Under the pieces are notes generated by a model, which was not told the DNA's origin, did no database searches, and saw nothing but the letters and a program-made list of their open reading frames with translations. From positions 16,494,001 to 16,558,000 of the forward strand of contig CM097885.1 of the NCBI GenBank assembly GCA_044892525.1: 64,000 nucleotides of DNA, written 5' to 3'. Shown here in pieces: positions 26,107 through 64,000 of the stretch (positions are counted from its first letter, which is position 1; each line of letters opens with the position of its first letter). The translations under genes and the position numbers were made by a program. The stretch is from Schmidtea polychroa (taxonomy: Eukaryota).

Positions 26107-27200
26107 ATGGCTTCAAACCAGCAAAACCCGACAAACAATACACTGATACCCAACAACTATGAAAATGCTCACTCACCGGAAAACATGAACCACCAATACA
26201 ACCCAAGCACCAACAACGCAAACACACACACAACACATGAAAGCAGTAGTTATTATTACAACCCCGAAAATTCACCCGCGGTAAACTCAATACTAAACCC
26301 CATGGCAAACATCCCAAATTTCTTCACAGACGAAAATGGGACACCACAAAAATGGCTAGAATTTGCCAAATTAACATTAAGCCTATCAGGCATTAAATCA
26401 TCAAGAACAGTTTGTTCTCACATAATCGCTGCCCTTCCCAGCAACATCCTGAACGAGATAGCCGATAGAGTAGAAGAAATATCAAAGGACGACAACCCTT
26501 TCGAAAACCTATACAACACTTTAATAAATCGAAAAAAGTAAACAGACGAGAACTACTCGAATCCTGTTTGAAAGATATCCAATTGGGTAATGACAAACCG
26601 TCTGAATTTCTGCGAAATCTAAAGGCAAAACTCGAATACTTGCAACCAAAAATAACAAGCACCGGGTCAAAAGAGTTCATCAAAGACCTTTTCATGTGCG
26701 CAATGCCACCTGAAATACGACGGATTCTAGCTGCCAGCAACTGTACAGACCTCGATACTCTGGCAAACATAGCAGACAAAATCAACGACGAAATATACCC
26801 AGCAATATGTAGAACTTACCAAAACAAAAATTATTTTAAGAGCAACGAAAACAAACCTGTACACAATAGCTCAGAAACTACTGAAACGAACAAACTCCTC
26901 TCAACTCTGGTAACAAAATTCGACGAAATAATTATTGAAAACAAAAATCTAAGAAAAGACATAACCGAATTACAAAGAAGAGAATCAAGGAGAACGCAAT
27001 ATTACGAAAACAGACAAAATTACCCCAGACAAAATACACGATCTGGCAGCCGCAACAGTATCGACAGAAACAAAACATGGAACAACCCTAATAAATGCAC
27101 AAACCAAAATCATTGTTACTACCACAATAAATTTGGGAATAAAGCATACAAATGCAACAAACCCTGCACCTTCGACAAAGAAGAGTCGGAAAACATATAA
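26107..27200 (+). CDS. gag: Gag of element B, split by a 1-nt deletion in an A run near 26533-26538
   Basis: ORFs 26107-26541 and 26568-27200 in adjacent frames; LGNDKPSEFLRNL, LANIADKI, CYYHNKFGNKAYKCNKPC (Cx2Hx9Cx3C). Confidence 0.88.
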
Positions 27201-27232
27201 AGTCACCAATGATAGCACCGACATTTGGTGAC
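27188..27232 (+). promoter_or_regulatory. Probable -1 frameshift signal, element B
   Basis: G_GAA_AAC in the gag frame two codons before the stop, 7-nt spacer, stem GTCACCAA...TTGGTGAC; pol is in the -1 frame. Confidence 0.65.
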
Positions 27233-30200
27233 AGCCAAACTTTCACGGTGCATAGCAATGGCCTAAATTTTCTTGTTGATACAGGTTCAATAATTTCATT
27301 ATTACCGAATTACCTATACAAAAACACAAAAACCGAAATCGCAAATTTGTGCGCAGCAAACGGCAGCCCAATTAAAACATTCGGAAAGCAAAACATCAAC
27401 ATCACCATCAACAACACACAATACAATTGGCAATTCACTATCGCTGAAGTCAAACAAGCTATTTTAGGAGCAGACTTCCTTTCATACTTCAACCTACTAG
27501 TCGACTGTAAAAATGGAAAAGTCATACCAAACAATTCAAATGACATACACAGCAAAAATAAACAATCTAAAAAACAAATCAATTGCGACATCGGAGTAAT
27601 AACAGCCCAAAACGGTGAAGAAAAAACAAATAAAACAGAAACAAACTGTCACATACCTAACGAAATCGCAAAACTGATACAAAATGTAGCAAATATAACT
27701 AATAAATTAGAGACAAACAATAACACAAAATGCATAACCGAACACATAATAATTAGCAACGGAAACCCAGTCCATGCAAAAGTCAGACAATTAGACAAAA
27801 ATAAACTCGAAATAACTAAGAAAATATTCGACGAACTACTAGAAAACCAAATCGTCAAACACTCAAACTCAAACTGGTCATCAGCCCTCATGCTTAAAGA
27901 AAAGGCAAACGGCGAATGGCGAGCCTGTGGAGACTACAGAGCATTAAACAATATCACAACAGCCGACAAATACCCAATCCCAATAATAAACGATATCATC
28001 AACAGATTTAACAAACCCAAAATTTTCAGCAAAATAGACTTAGAAAAAGCCTATCACCAAATTCCTGTCAGAACTGAAGACATAAAGAAAACAGCAATCA
28101 TCACACCCATAGGACTTTTCGAGTATAACAAAATGCCTTTTGGATTAAAAAACGATGCAGCCACTTTCCAACACTTCATGGACCAAATTTTACGAAATCA
28201 AAAGAACACAGTCGCATACCTTGACGACATCCTGATAGCATCAGCAAACAAAACAGAACATATACAAAATATTAAAAACGTGTTCGAAATATTAAGCAAA
28301 CATGAGCTAAAAATTAACTTAAAAAAATGCGAATTTTTGAAAACAGAAATAAAATTTCTGGGTCACATGTTAAACGAAAATGGAACAAGGCCTTTAGACG
28401 ACAAAATCAAAGCAATCAAAAATTACCCTCTACCCACACTACAAAAGAGCTAAGACGTTTCCTTGGAATGATCAATTTCTACCACAAATACATACCAAGA
28501 TGTAGTGAAATGCTAGCCCCTCTCAACGAACTGAACAAAACAAAGAGAAACATCAAAATAAATTGGAACGAAAAACTAATAACAGCGTTCGAACAAGCAA
28601 AAGAAAATCTGAAAAATGCAAGCATCCTAAACTATCCCAACCAAGAATTACCATACATAGTCAACACAGATTGTTCGGTAGTAGCAATGGGCGGAACGAT
28701 ATTCCAAGAAGAAAATAACGAAAAAAGACCAATAGCTTTCTTCTCAAAGAAACTCAAAACTCACCAAATGAGATACTCCACTTTTGACAGGGAGTTATTA
28801 GCGTTACATGATACAATCAGACATTTCCAATACCTATTGGAAGGAAAAGATTTCGAAGTGTATACCGACCATAAACCCTTAATAAACGCAATGAACATGA
28901 AAAATCCTTCACCGAGACAAATAAGACAATTAAACTATATTTCACAATTTAATTGCAAAATAAAATACATAGCAGGTTCAGCTAACATAAGTGCAGATGC
29001 ATTATCAAGAATAGAAACTGACATAAATGCACTCAACATAACACCCATCATAGAGTTAGAAAAGTTAAAAACTAAACAAAAAGAAACAACAATCGAAACT
29101 CCAAGGTTGAATTCACTCCAATTGGAAGAAATAGACGGCATATGGTACTACACTTCAAACGACAATAACAAAAGGATTATAGTACCAGCAGAACTGCGCG
29201 ATCAATACCTCCAAAAATATCACAACATCTACCATCCGGGAAACAAAGCCACATACGAACTTCTGCATACCAAAGTTGTTTGGCCTTTTATGAGAAGGGA
29301 CGTAAAAACGTTCGTAAAAAATTGCCCACAGTGTCAAAAGAATAAGATAACAACAAAACAATTCAAAACAACAATTGTACAATTCCCAAGCTCTGAAGCA
29401 TTCGAAACGATACATATCGACATAGTCGGCCCTCTACCTCCAAATAATAAACACAAGTACTTATTAACTATAATAGACCGAAAAACAAATTGGTTCGAAG
29501 CCATTCCAATAAAAGAAATATCAGCAGCAAAAATATGCAGTAAATTAGAATTAAACTGGTTCGCCCGGTATGGCTGCCCAAAGACAATAATCAGCGATCA
29601 GGGTAGGCAATTTGAATCCGATATTTTCAAAGGACTGTGCAACAAATATAACATCAACAAAACCAGAACAACAGCCTACAATCGACAATCAAACGGAAAA
29701 GTTGAGAGATTACACCGATCATTAAAACAAGCAATCAGAACAAAAACAAATAATAACAACAACTGGTTTGAAAAATTACCAGAAATACTAATAGGATTAC
29801 GAAACAACCCTTCAAGCCTAAACAACAAAAGCCCTAGCCAATCAGTTTTTGGACACAATACAAACCTACCAAACTTAAAAGATGAAAACGAAAACAAGAT
29901 AAAAACAACCGATAAAGAATCACAAATACCCATACTAAAAAGTATTCTAAAAAACAAAAATAATAATAAAACCCAAAACCAAACAGAACTAATAATAGAC
30001 ATGATTTTAGTAAAGAAACCCTTCACTAGCGGATTTGAAACAAAGTACGAAGGCCCATACAAACTGTTAAATATGTATAAAAACGTTGGCACAATTTTAA
30101 AAGACAATAAACAAATCAAAATAAACATACGCAGATTAAAACCATATCACGAAAACAAAACACCCACTCTTAACATTCACCACAACCTAAACCCTCAAAA

Positions 30201-30354
30201 CAACCACCCAAAGTACAAAACTCAAGAACGAACAGAAATACAGACAAACCAGAAACACATCAGATTCAGCGAAAAAAACTCAACAAAAATTTTCGACAAC
30301 AACACAACAATCACACCAGAATGCAAAAAGCGTTATAGCGATTGCCTCAAATAA
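27188..30354 (+). CDS. pol: Pol of element B (PR, RT, RNase H, IN), with one 1-nt deletion near 28440
   Basis: FLVDTGS; ACGDYR, YLDD; NTDCS, DRELLA, TDHKPL, ADALSR; HHCC, HIDIVGPL, SDQGRQF, NGKVER, GPY. Confidence 0.93.
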
Positions 30355-30540
30355 ACAACACATGCACCCACAAGATTTTGTTGTACAATTTTTATAAAGT
30401 GCTAGTTGTAAAACACAAAACATAAACTCACCTAAATCATCACAAAACACAAGAACATATTTTTTTTGCAGTTTTATTTTATCTCTGTAAATATGTAAAG
30501 CCGTTTAAATGTTAACCTACGGTTTTAAAGGGGGAAGTTC

Positions 30541-31271
30541 TGTAATGTATTGTAATTATTTATTTTTCTTGGGTTTGTTAACCGTATGTTATAAATTTAA
30601 ATTACAATCCTTCACGTCGTACGTGGCGAAGGTTTTTATTTTATGTTCGTAAAAAAACAAACTATATAGTGATAATTTACCATAGTAAATTATCACTATA
30701 AAAAAAAAATTACAAATTTAAAAAAATCGATAAGAAGTATAAGAATTATTCAGAAATACAAATATACAAAACCGAAGTAAAAATTGGATTCTAAACTATA
30801 TATTAAGAAACAAAGTGATTATTCATAATTGTGATACGAAACAAAATCATCTGAAGTTATTCTCTGAAAATCATCCTACAGAATATAGTTATTCTCTCAT
30901 TATAAATAAAGGCCTAAATCTCTTTATCCGGACAATTTTACAAAGGTATTATTCTTGAGTGCAAGAGAAGACAAAATCGTCCGAAGTAATCCTCTGCAAA
31001 TCATCCTCCTAGATATAATTATTCTGCAACCACAAATACCGGACTAAATATTTGCCTCCGGACAATTAACAAAGTATTAAAGTTTATTGGTTAATAAAAG
31101 TATATAAAAGTCATATCATTGTTGCATATTAATTTTTATTTTTTTTATACTATTGTCGCGTTACTATACACAACTTACACCCCGATTGTCCCAACACATA
31201 TTTTTTAAAGGAGACTCTTTCGGGCACTTCAATTTTCTTATTACTCGGCGTAAATAACCTATAACATAACA
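30541..31271 (+). repeat. 3' LTR of element B
   Basis: Direct repeat of 25184-25913. Confidence 0.97.
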
Positions 31272-32169
31272 GTAATCTTTAGAAAGAATCCATTTTCTGT
31301 TGTATTAACAACGTTTGCATGATCTCTTATAAATTCAGCTTCTATAAATTGTTGGTTAGCTTTGCAATTTATAATATTTGTAAATTGTAAATTGATTATT
31401 CCTCGTGAAGTTTTTATTATCTTGTATGGGATCAAGCCGTGTTCTTTTGCAAAAGGTAATTGTAATGTATCGTTATAATTTTTATTTATTCTTAAATTGT
31501 AATTAGTATTCATGGTATACGGTTATTTTTATCACCAATTATGTTAAAAAAATAATAAAACTATATAGTGAATTTACTATAGTAAAACAAAAAAATCGAT
31601 AAAAAATTATTTAAAAAGAAATTAGCTAGACAACGAAGATTAAAACTAAAACTAATCAAAAAATTTGAACATTTGAACGATATATTTAGAACCAATAAAT
31701 ATTTTTGCTCTGGATTTTAGTTTTTGTTTGGTTTCATCATGTAGAAATTCTAAGTTTTCACCTAGAGTTTGTTTTACATCTCGAAATGAAATTATTCCAG
31801 CTGCCCCCATTGTTCAAAATAACAATCTGTTGTATTTGGTGAAGCTTCCAAATCCCAAGCAAATGTATCTTGTTCTGAAATTTTTCAATGTTGGCTTTGT
31901 ATTCAGAAACTTGTTTTATAATTTCAGAATTACAATCAACATGTCATTTGATGTAATTTATATTTCTTTCTTTTATTTCTTCTTTTTTTGTTGTACCTAA
32001 CAATTAAACAAAAATGATTTTCAAAAAGACATATAATCATGTCAAATTGCCAAGTTGCTACATATTTTTTGGGATACATGTGTCGGTCCTTTCCACTATG
32101 ATATAAAATATTAACATTTAAACTTTTGCAAAAACTTGGTACATTACTATATTACATAATGATATTTAT

Positions 32170-32755
32170 ATAAAATAAACAGTACAAGCTTTGTGATACC
32201 CAGTGAAAATCCCAATAGTAGACTGGTTTCGAGCTTTTAGCTCGCATTAGTACTATGCAGGAGACACGAAGATATTTTCTCGTACACAAAAAGGTCTTGA
32301 TGGACATAATTAATCTCAACTTTATCCTTTTTCTCATCCATTTCTGAATCAAGAATATTTTTATTTTTATTTTAGTTTTGCTGATTCAACTCTATTGCAT
32401 ATTTTCCCCGGTACACTGGAAATCACATAACTTGGAAATAGGTTAGTCACAGAAAAATCTGTAAACTTGTAAACATGGCGTATGAAAAATCATAATCACT
32501 TCTGCGGACTAAAAAATTAGTCGATAAACAGAAACTGTTTACAAGTGCATTCGATTACCTTTAGCATTTTAACTTATAAAGTAATGGTGTAACATTTTTT
32601 TTCGGATGTCTCACTTGAATAAAATAAGCAGTACAAGCTTTGTGATACCCAGTGCAAATCCAATATAGTAGACTAGTTTCGAGCTTTTGGCTCTCATCAG
32701 TACTATGCAGGAGACGCGAAGATTTCTCTTCGTGCCAGGTAAGTATACAATATTG
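32170..32755 (-). mobile_element. Hammerhead-ribozyme repeat, head-to-tail tandem of about 1.4 units, one unit interrupted by an unrelated ~95-bp repeat
   Basis: Ribozyme motifs at 32665-32706 (intact) and 32215-32256 (core mutated to CUAAUGC); 32280-32372 matches 22303-22393. Confidence 0.85.
32665..32706 (-). ncRNA. Minimal type I hammerhead ribozyme (intact)
   Basis: Same sequence as 8586-8627. Confidence 0.85.
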
Positions 32756-33128
32756 TAATATTCACCTTTAAACAATATTCACCATATTCACAATATCCAC
32801 CTTTGTATTTTTGAATTTTATATTTGTAGCTGGATCCTTTTCCGAAATTACTTCTAGTTAATCTCTTAAAATCATCTTTAATAAATCTTGCAATTCCATT
32901 AAATTTATATTTTTCATGTCTGAATAAATGATAAACTTGTAACATTCGTCTTGTCAACAAAATATAATCTATTATTTTAGATGTTGTTTTCGTTCTACTA
33001 TTCCACAAGCCACCAAAGCTACTCATCATGCATCCTTGTTCAAGTTTTTCATCAACATCATTAAGAACATTTGAAAAATCTTCATTATAATATCGTATGA
33101 GTTTAATTGGATTTGAATCATCTTTCAT
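32703..33128 (-). other. 141-aa ORF of unknown identity; its 3' end runs into the hammerhead repeat
   Basis: ATG-initiated, non-repetitive, protein-like composition; no family recognised. Confidence 0.3.
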
Positions 33129-33477
33129 GAATATTTTAATTTTAATTTTGAAATAAAATAATCTTTAATAAAATTGCAATTCAAGTATGAGTGCGGTATG
33201 TTGGTATTTGGTTGAAATTAAATTGAAATTAAAAAGAAAATGTCCCAAGAATATTTGTTTATATAAGCAGATTTAATGAAAGATAATTTTGAATTTATTT
33301 AGTCTAGGTAATTTATTTGATGACAGAAGAATTGAATGTTATAGCTTCTAACAATAAGTATTTTATTTTTTTGGAGTTGAGAGTAGCTTGTTTTAAAAAG
33401 GAGTTTTCGTGGATTCTTGGAGAATAAAAATTTTTAAAAAAACTTTCGTTTTTCATTGTGAAGTGGTGTAACTTAAA

Positions 33478-33603
<126 letters not shown>

Positions 33604-34879
33604 TCATAAATGTTGACAATGATATATGCTCTAAGGATATTTTTGTTCATTTTAAATCTATCGACAAGATAATCAAACCATGTTATTTCAATGCCTGATT
33701 CAGGCATTCTCTTGAAACATTAGATTGAATGTTGGTTAAAGGTTGGTTAAATACAAGATATATGCAGGATTTCGAAAACACCCTTTTTCAAATAGTTGAA
33801 GTTTACTTTGCGTATTGTTGAAATTCGAAGCTTTTGCCATTGATATTTTGTGTTTTTTGTTATAAAGAAATAAACTTTGTCATTTATTGGGATGCATGTT
33901 TTGAATTGAGGAAATACACGGAGTCCGGTGTAAAATTAAATCCTACCATACCTATTAACAATGTAGTTGTTTATTTTGAAGCGTAACAACAATATTATAG
34001 TACTTACATTTTCGCTACATTATCACAATCGAAGCTTATCCTATTTGAAACAAATGTACAAATTTTTGATCCTTAATTTCTGGTAATAGAATTTTCGTTG
34101 ATAGCCACTGTGATATGCAGACCATTTATCGAAATAGCAATTCACAAATTTGTAGGAATTTATAAAAAAATATTTGTGAAAGTTTTTATAAAATTTTAAT
34201 GTGATATAAGAAAGTTAAATTTTGGTAAAAAAACGAAATGAAATTTATAACAATGTTTATTTGGATAAATGGATTAAAAATTTGTTTAAATATCTGAAAT
34301 TCAGATTATGGATTAATAAAAATTATAACAAAAAAGACATATGACTTTCGATTTACAAAATGAGCCGAATGACAATTTCGTTGCGGCTAACAGCCAATTA
34401 TTTTTTATTCTTCATTTGAGAAAATAACCGGAATTTACTGAATGTACCTTGAACAAATTAGGAGGAATTTCCTTTAATAAAAGAGAAACTCGAAGAGACC
34501 GAGTTCAAGGGTCAGGTTATGCATTTGTCCAATGATTAAAGGTGAAAATATAAATATAAATAATTTGGTATTAATAGTTAAACATACATGGCAATGATTT
34601 AATTATAAGATAACGCCAATCAAACATTTTTTTCACGATTAATTTCGACAGTTTTCCTGTCATCATCATTTAAAATTTAATAATTTAAAAATTTAAAATA
34701 CTCATTAAATAAAGGATTTTAAACAAATTTAATTATATATAAAAATTTTTTATTTTATAAAAATATTATTTTTTAAAAACTTTAACATTTAAAATTTAAT
34801 TTAATAATTTAAAAATTTTAAATTTTTTTATCAATTATTTAATTTAACACAACAATCAATACATACAATACACAAAAGC

Positions 34880-35320
34880 TTATTTAAAAACACTCAACAC
34901 ACAAGTATTTACAGCATTCTGCACATTAATTTTCGGATTCAATGATTTTATCAACAACGCCTCACAAATCACACGTTCCCAATAATTATCGAAGTTTTTT
35001 AATAAAATTTTAAAATCAGACATACCTATTTTAATCTTACAGCCCTTATTGTGCTCACCAATATGGGTCAAAGACTTCGGTCTACAATGTTCTCGAGCTC
35101 GAATACAGAGATGACGGGAAGTCTCTCCAATGTATGTGGCATTACACCCATTACATGTAAACTGATAAACGAGATCGGAACACAATTCAACCGGAGTCTT
35201 TGACTTATTAATAAACATATTGCGTACTTTCCATGAAGTTGACACTATCCTATAGTTTAAATTCCCTAACTGCTTTCTTATCTTCACTTTATAATCCTTA
35301 AAACCTTCTGAGTACGGTAT
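34880..35320 (-). mobile_element. 3' fragment of a Penelope-like element (GIY-YIG endonuclease)
   Basis: LVYQFTCNGCNATYIGETSRHLCIRAREH...EALLIKSLNPKINVQ. Confidence 0.88.
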
Positions 35321-35537
35321 TTATTAATCTTTTTGGTATTAGTATTGGTATTAATCTTTTATTTTCATTTCTTTTTGAGATGATTTATCAATATTTTATA
35401 TTTTATAATTATTTGATTTGATTTTAATTTCATAAATAAAATCGCAATAAATGTATTTTTTTGAATAATTTTTACACTTCACCTGCAGAAAATGTGAATT
35501 TATTTTAAAATATTAATTTCCTTAACTGGAAAATGTC

Positions 35538-63186
<27,649 letters not shown>

Positions 63187-64000
63187 CTAAAATTACATGA
63201 TATTGGATCTTATTTCAAGAAACTTTAAGGAATTGACTAATTATTAAAACGATTTATGTAAGTGAGAAGTTCTCAAGGAAAGTAAGAGAGTAGGTGAAGA
63301 CGACTCCATTGCTAAAATAGCAATATTTTTTATCCGTGTCAGTTTATTATTTTAAAGTATATTGTTATACAATGTGGACCGAGTGTTAATTGTATCCATT
63401 AAATTAGCAATTGGAGACATCTAATTTCTGTCATCTAAGCTTTTGATCTAAATTTCTCCCAGTATTGGATTCATATTTCTTTTTGTAAATCTGAGCTAAT
63501 CTGAGGTGCTTTTCAATTAGTTTTTCAATTTTCATTTTACAGTTCACTTTCGCCAATTTTGATTCTCGTGTTTGGTATTTATTAGCTTTCAAATTTTCTT
63601 ATTCTTGGTAGGTTTTCTGAGCAAATATCCAAGGCTCTATTAAAATAAAATCCTAAATTTCAAATTTTCTTTTCTTCTATGCAATCCATTTTCAAATGTT
63701 GTTTTAATATTCTTTAAATGATCTTCGAATCCTTTCGATCCATTCTTCTCAGAATTTGCGAGGTTTGTAATTTTTTCGAACAATATAATTTTTGTCAAAC
63801 ATCTTGCACTTTGACAAATAAATCGAAACCCAAAAATTGTTTTATTTTTTAAAATGCTAATAATAAATACGCCAGATAATTTCAACATTAATACATCATA
63901 TTAACAAACTGTTCTTACAAAATTAACAATATCAATATGTCAAGGTTAGCCAATCCTTGACATCGTATATTATATAAAAATAACAATAAAAGTTTAATTA

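Larger units (their letters stand above)
25184..31271 (+). mobile_element. Full-length Ty3/gypsy LTR retrotransposon B (CsRn1-like CHCC gag), 6088 bp
   Basis: LTRs 25184-25913 and 30541-31271 (about 4 substitutions and 1 indel seen); TSD GTAAT (25179-25183, 31272-31276); PBS TGGTGTCAGAAGTGGGAT at 25916-25933; PPT AAAGGGGGAAG at 30527-30537. Confidence 0.97.

Noticed and set aside
63320..63888. ORF 63640-63888 as an upstream CPT1 exon
   Set aside because: No similarity to the CPT1 N-terminal/transmembrane region; the surrounding frame has stops and looks like a decayed repeat

Overview
Very AT-rich, repeat-dense eukaryotic (animal) genomic DNA. It has (AAT)n and (TA)n tracts and 43-54 nt minimal GT-AG introns next to kb-scale ones; an invertebrate such as a flatworm is an inference. 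Two host genes are supported. One is an intronless HPS4/CCZ1-like longin ORF (483-1829, +). The other is a carnitine O-palmitoyltransferase 1 gene on the minus strand (13 coding exons reconstructed, 63186 to 35538, 5' end probably outside the window), with its catalytic His on a 26-nt microexon. The rest is mobile DNA: two complete young Ty3/gypsy LTR retrotransposons (12961-18108 and 25184-31271), each with LTRs, TSD, PBS, PPT and a -1 frameshift signal; a solo LTR; Penelope-like elements (PLEs); an RLE non-LTR fragment; IS630/Tc1, pogo, hAT and Helitron derivatives; and an unclassified foldback element. The most unusual signal is a dispersed ~372-bp non-coding repeat with five ribozyme-bearing copies at three loci. 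It carries a minimal type I hammerhead ribozyme and, just upstream on the same strand, the U1 snRNA 5' end sequence ATACTTACCTGGC followed by a GNRA hairpin. All calls were made by eye; no searches were run.
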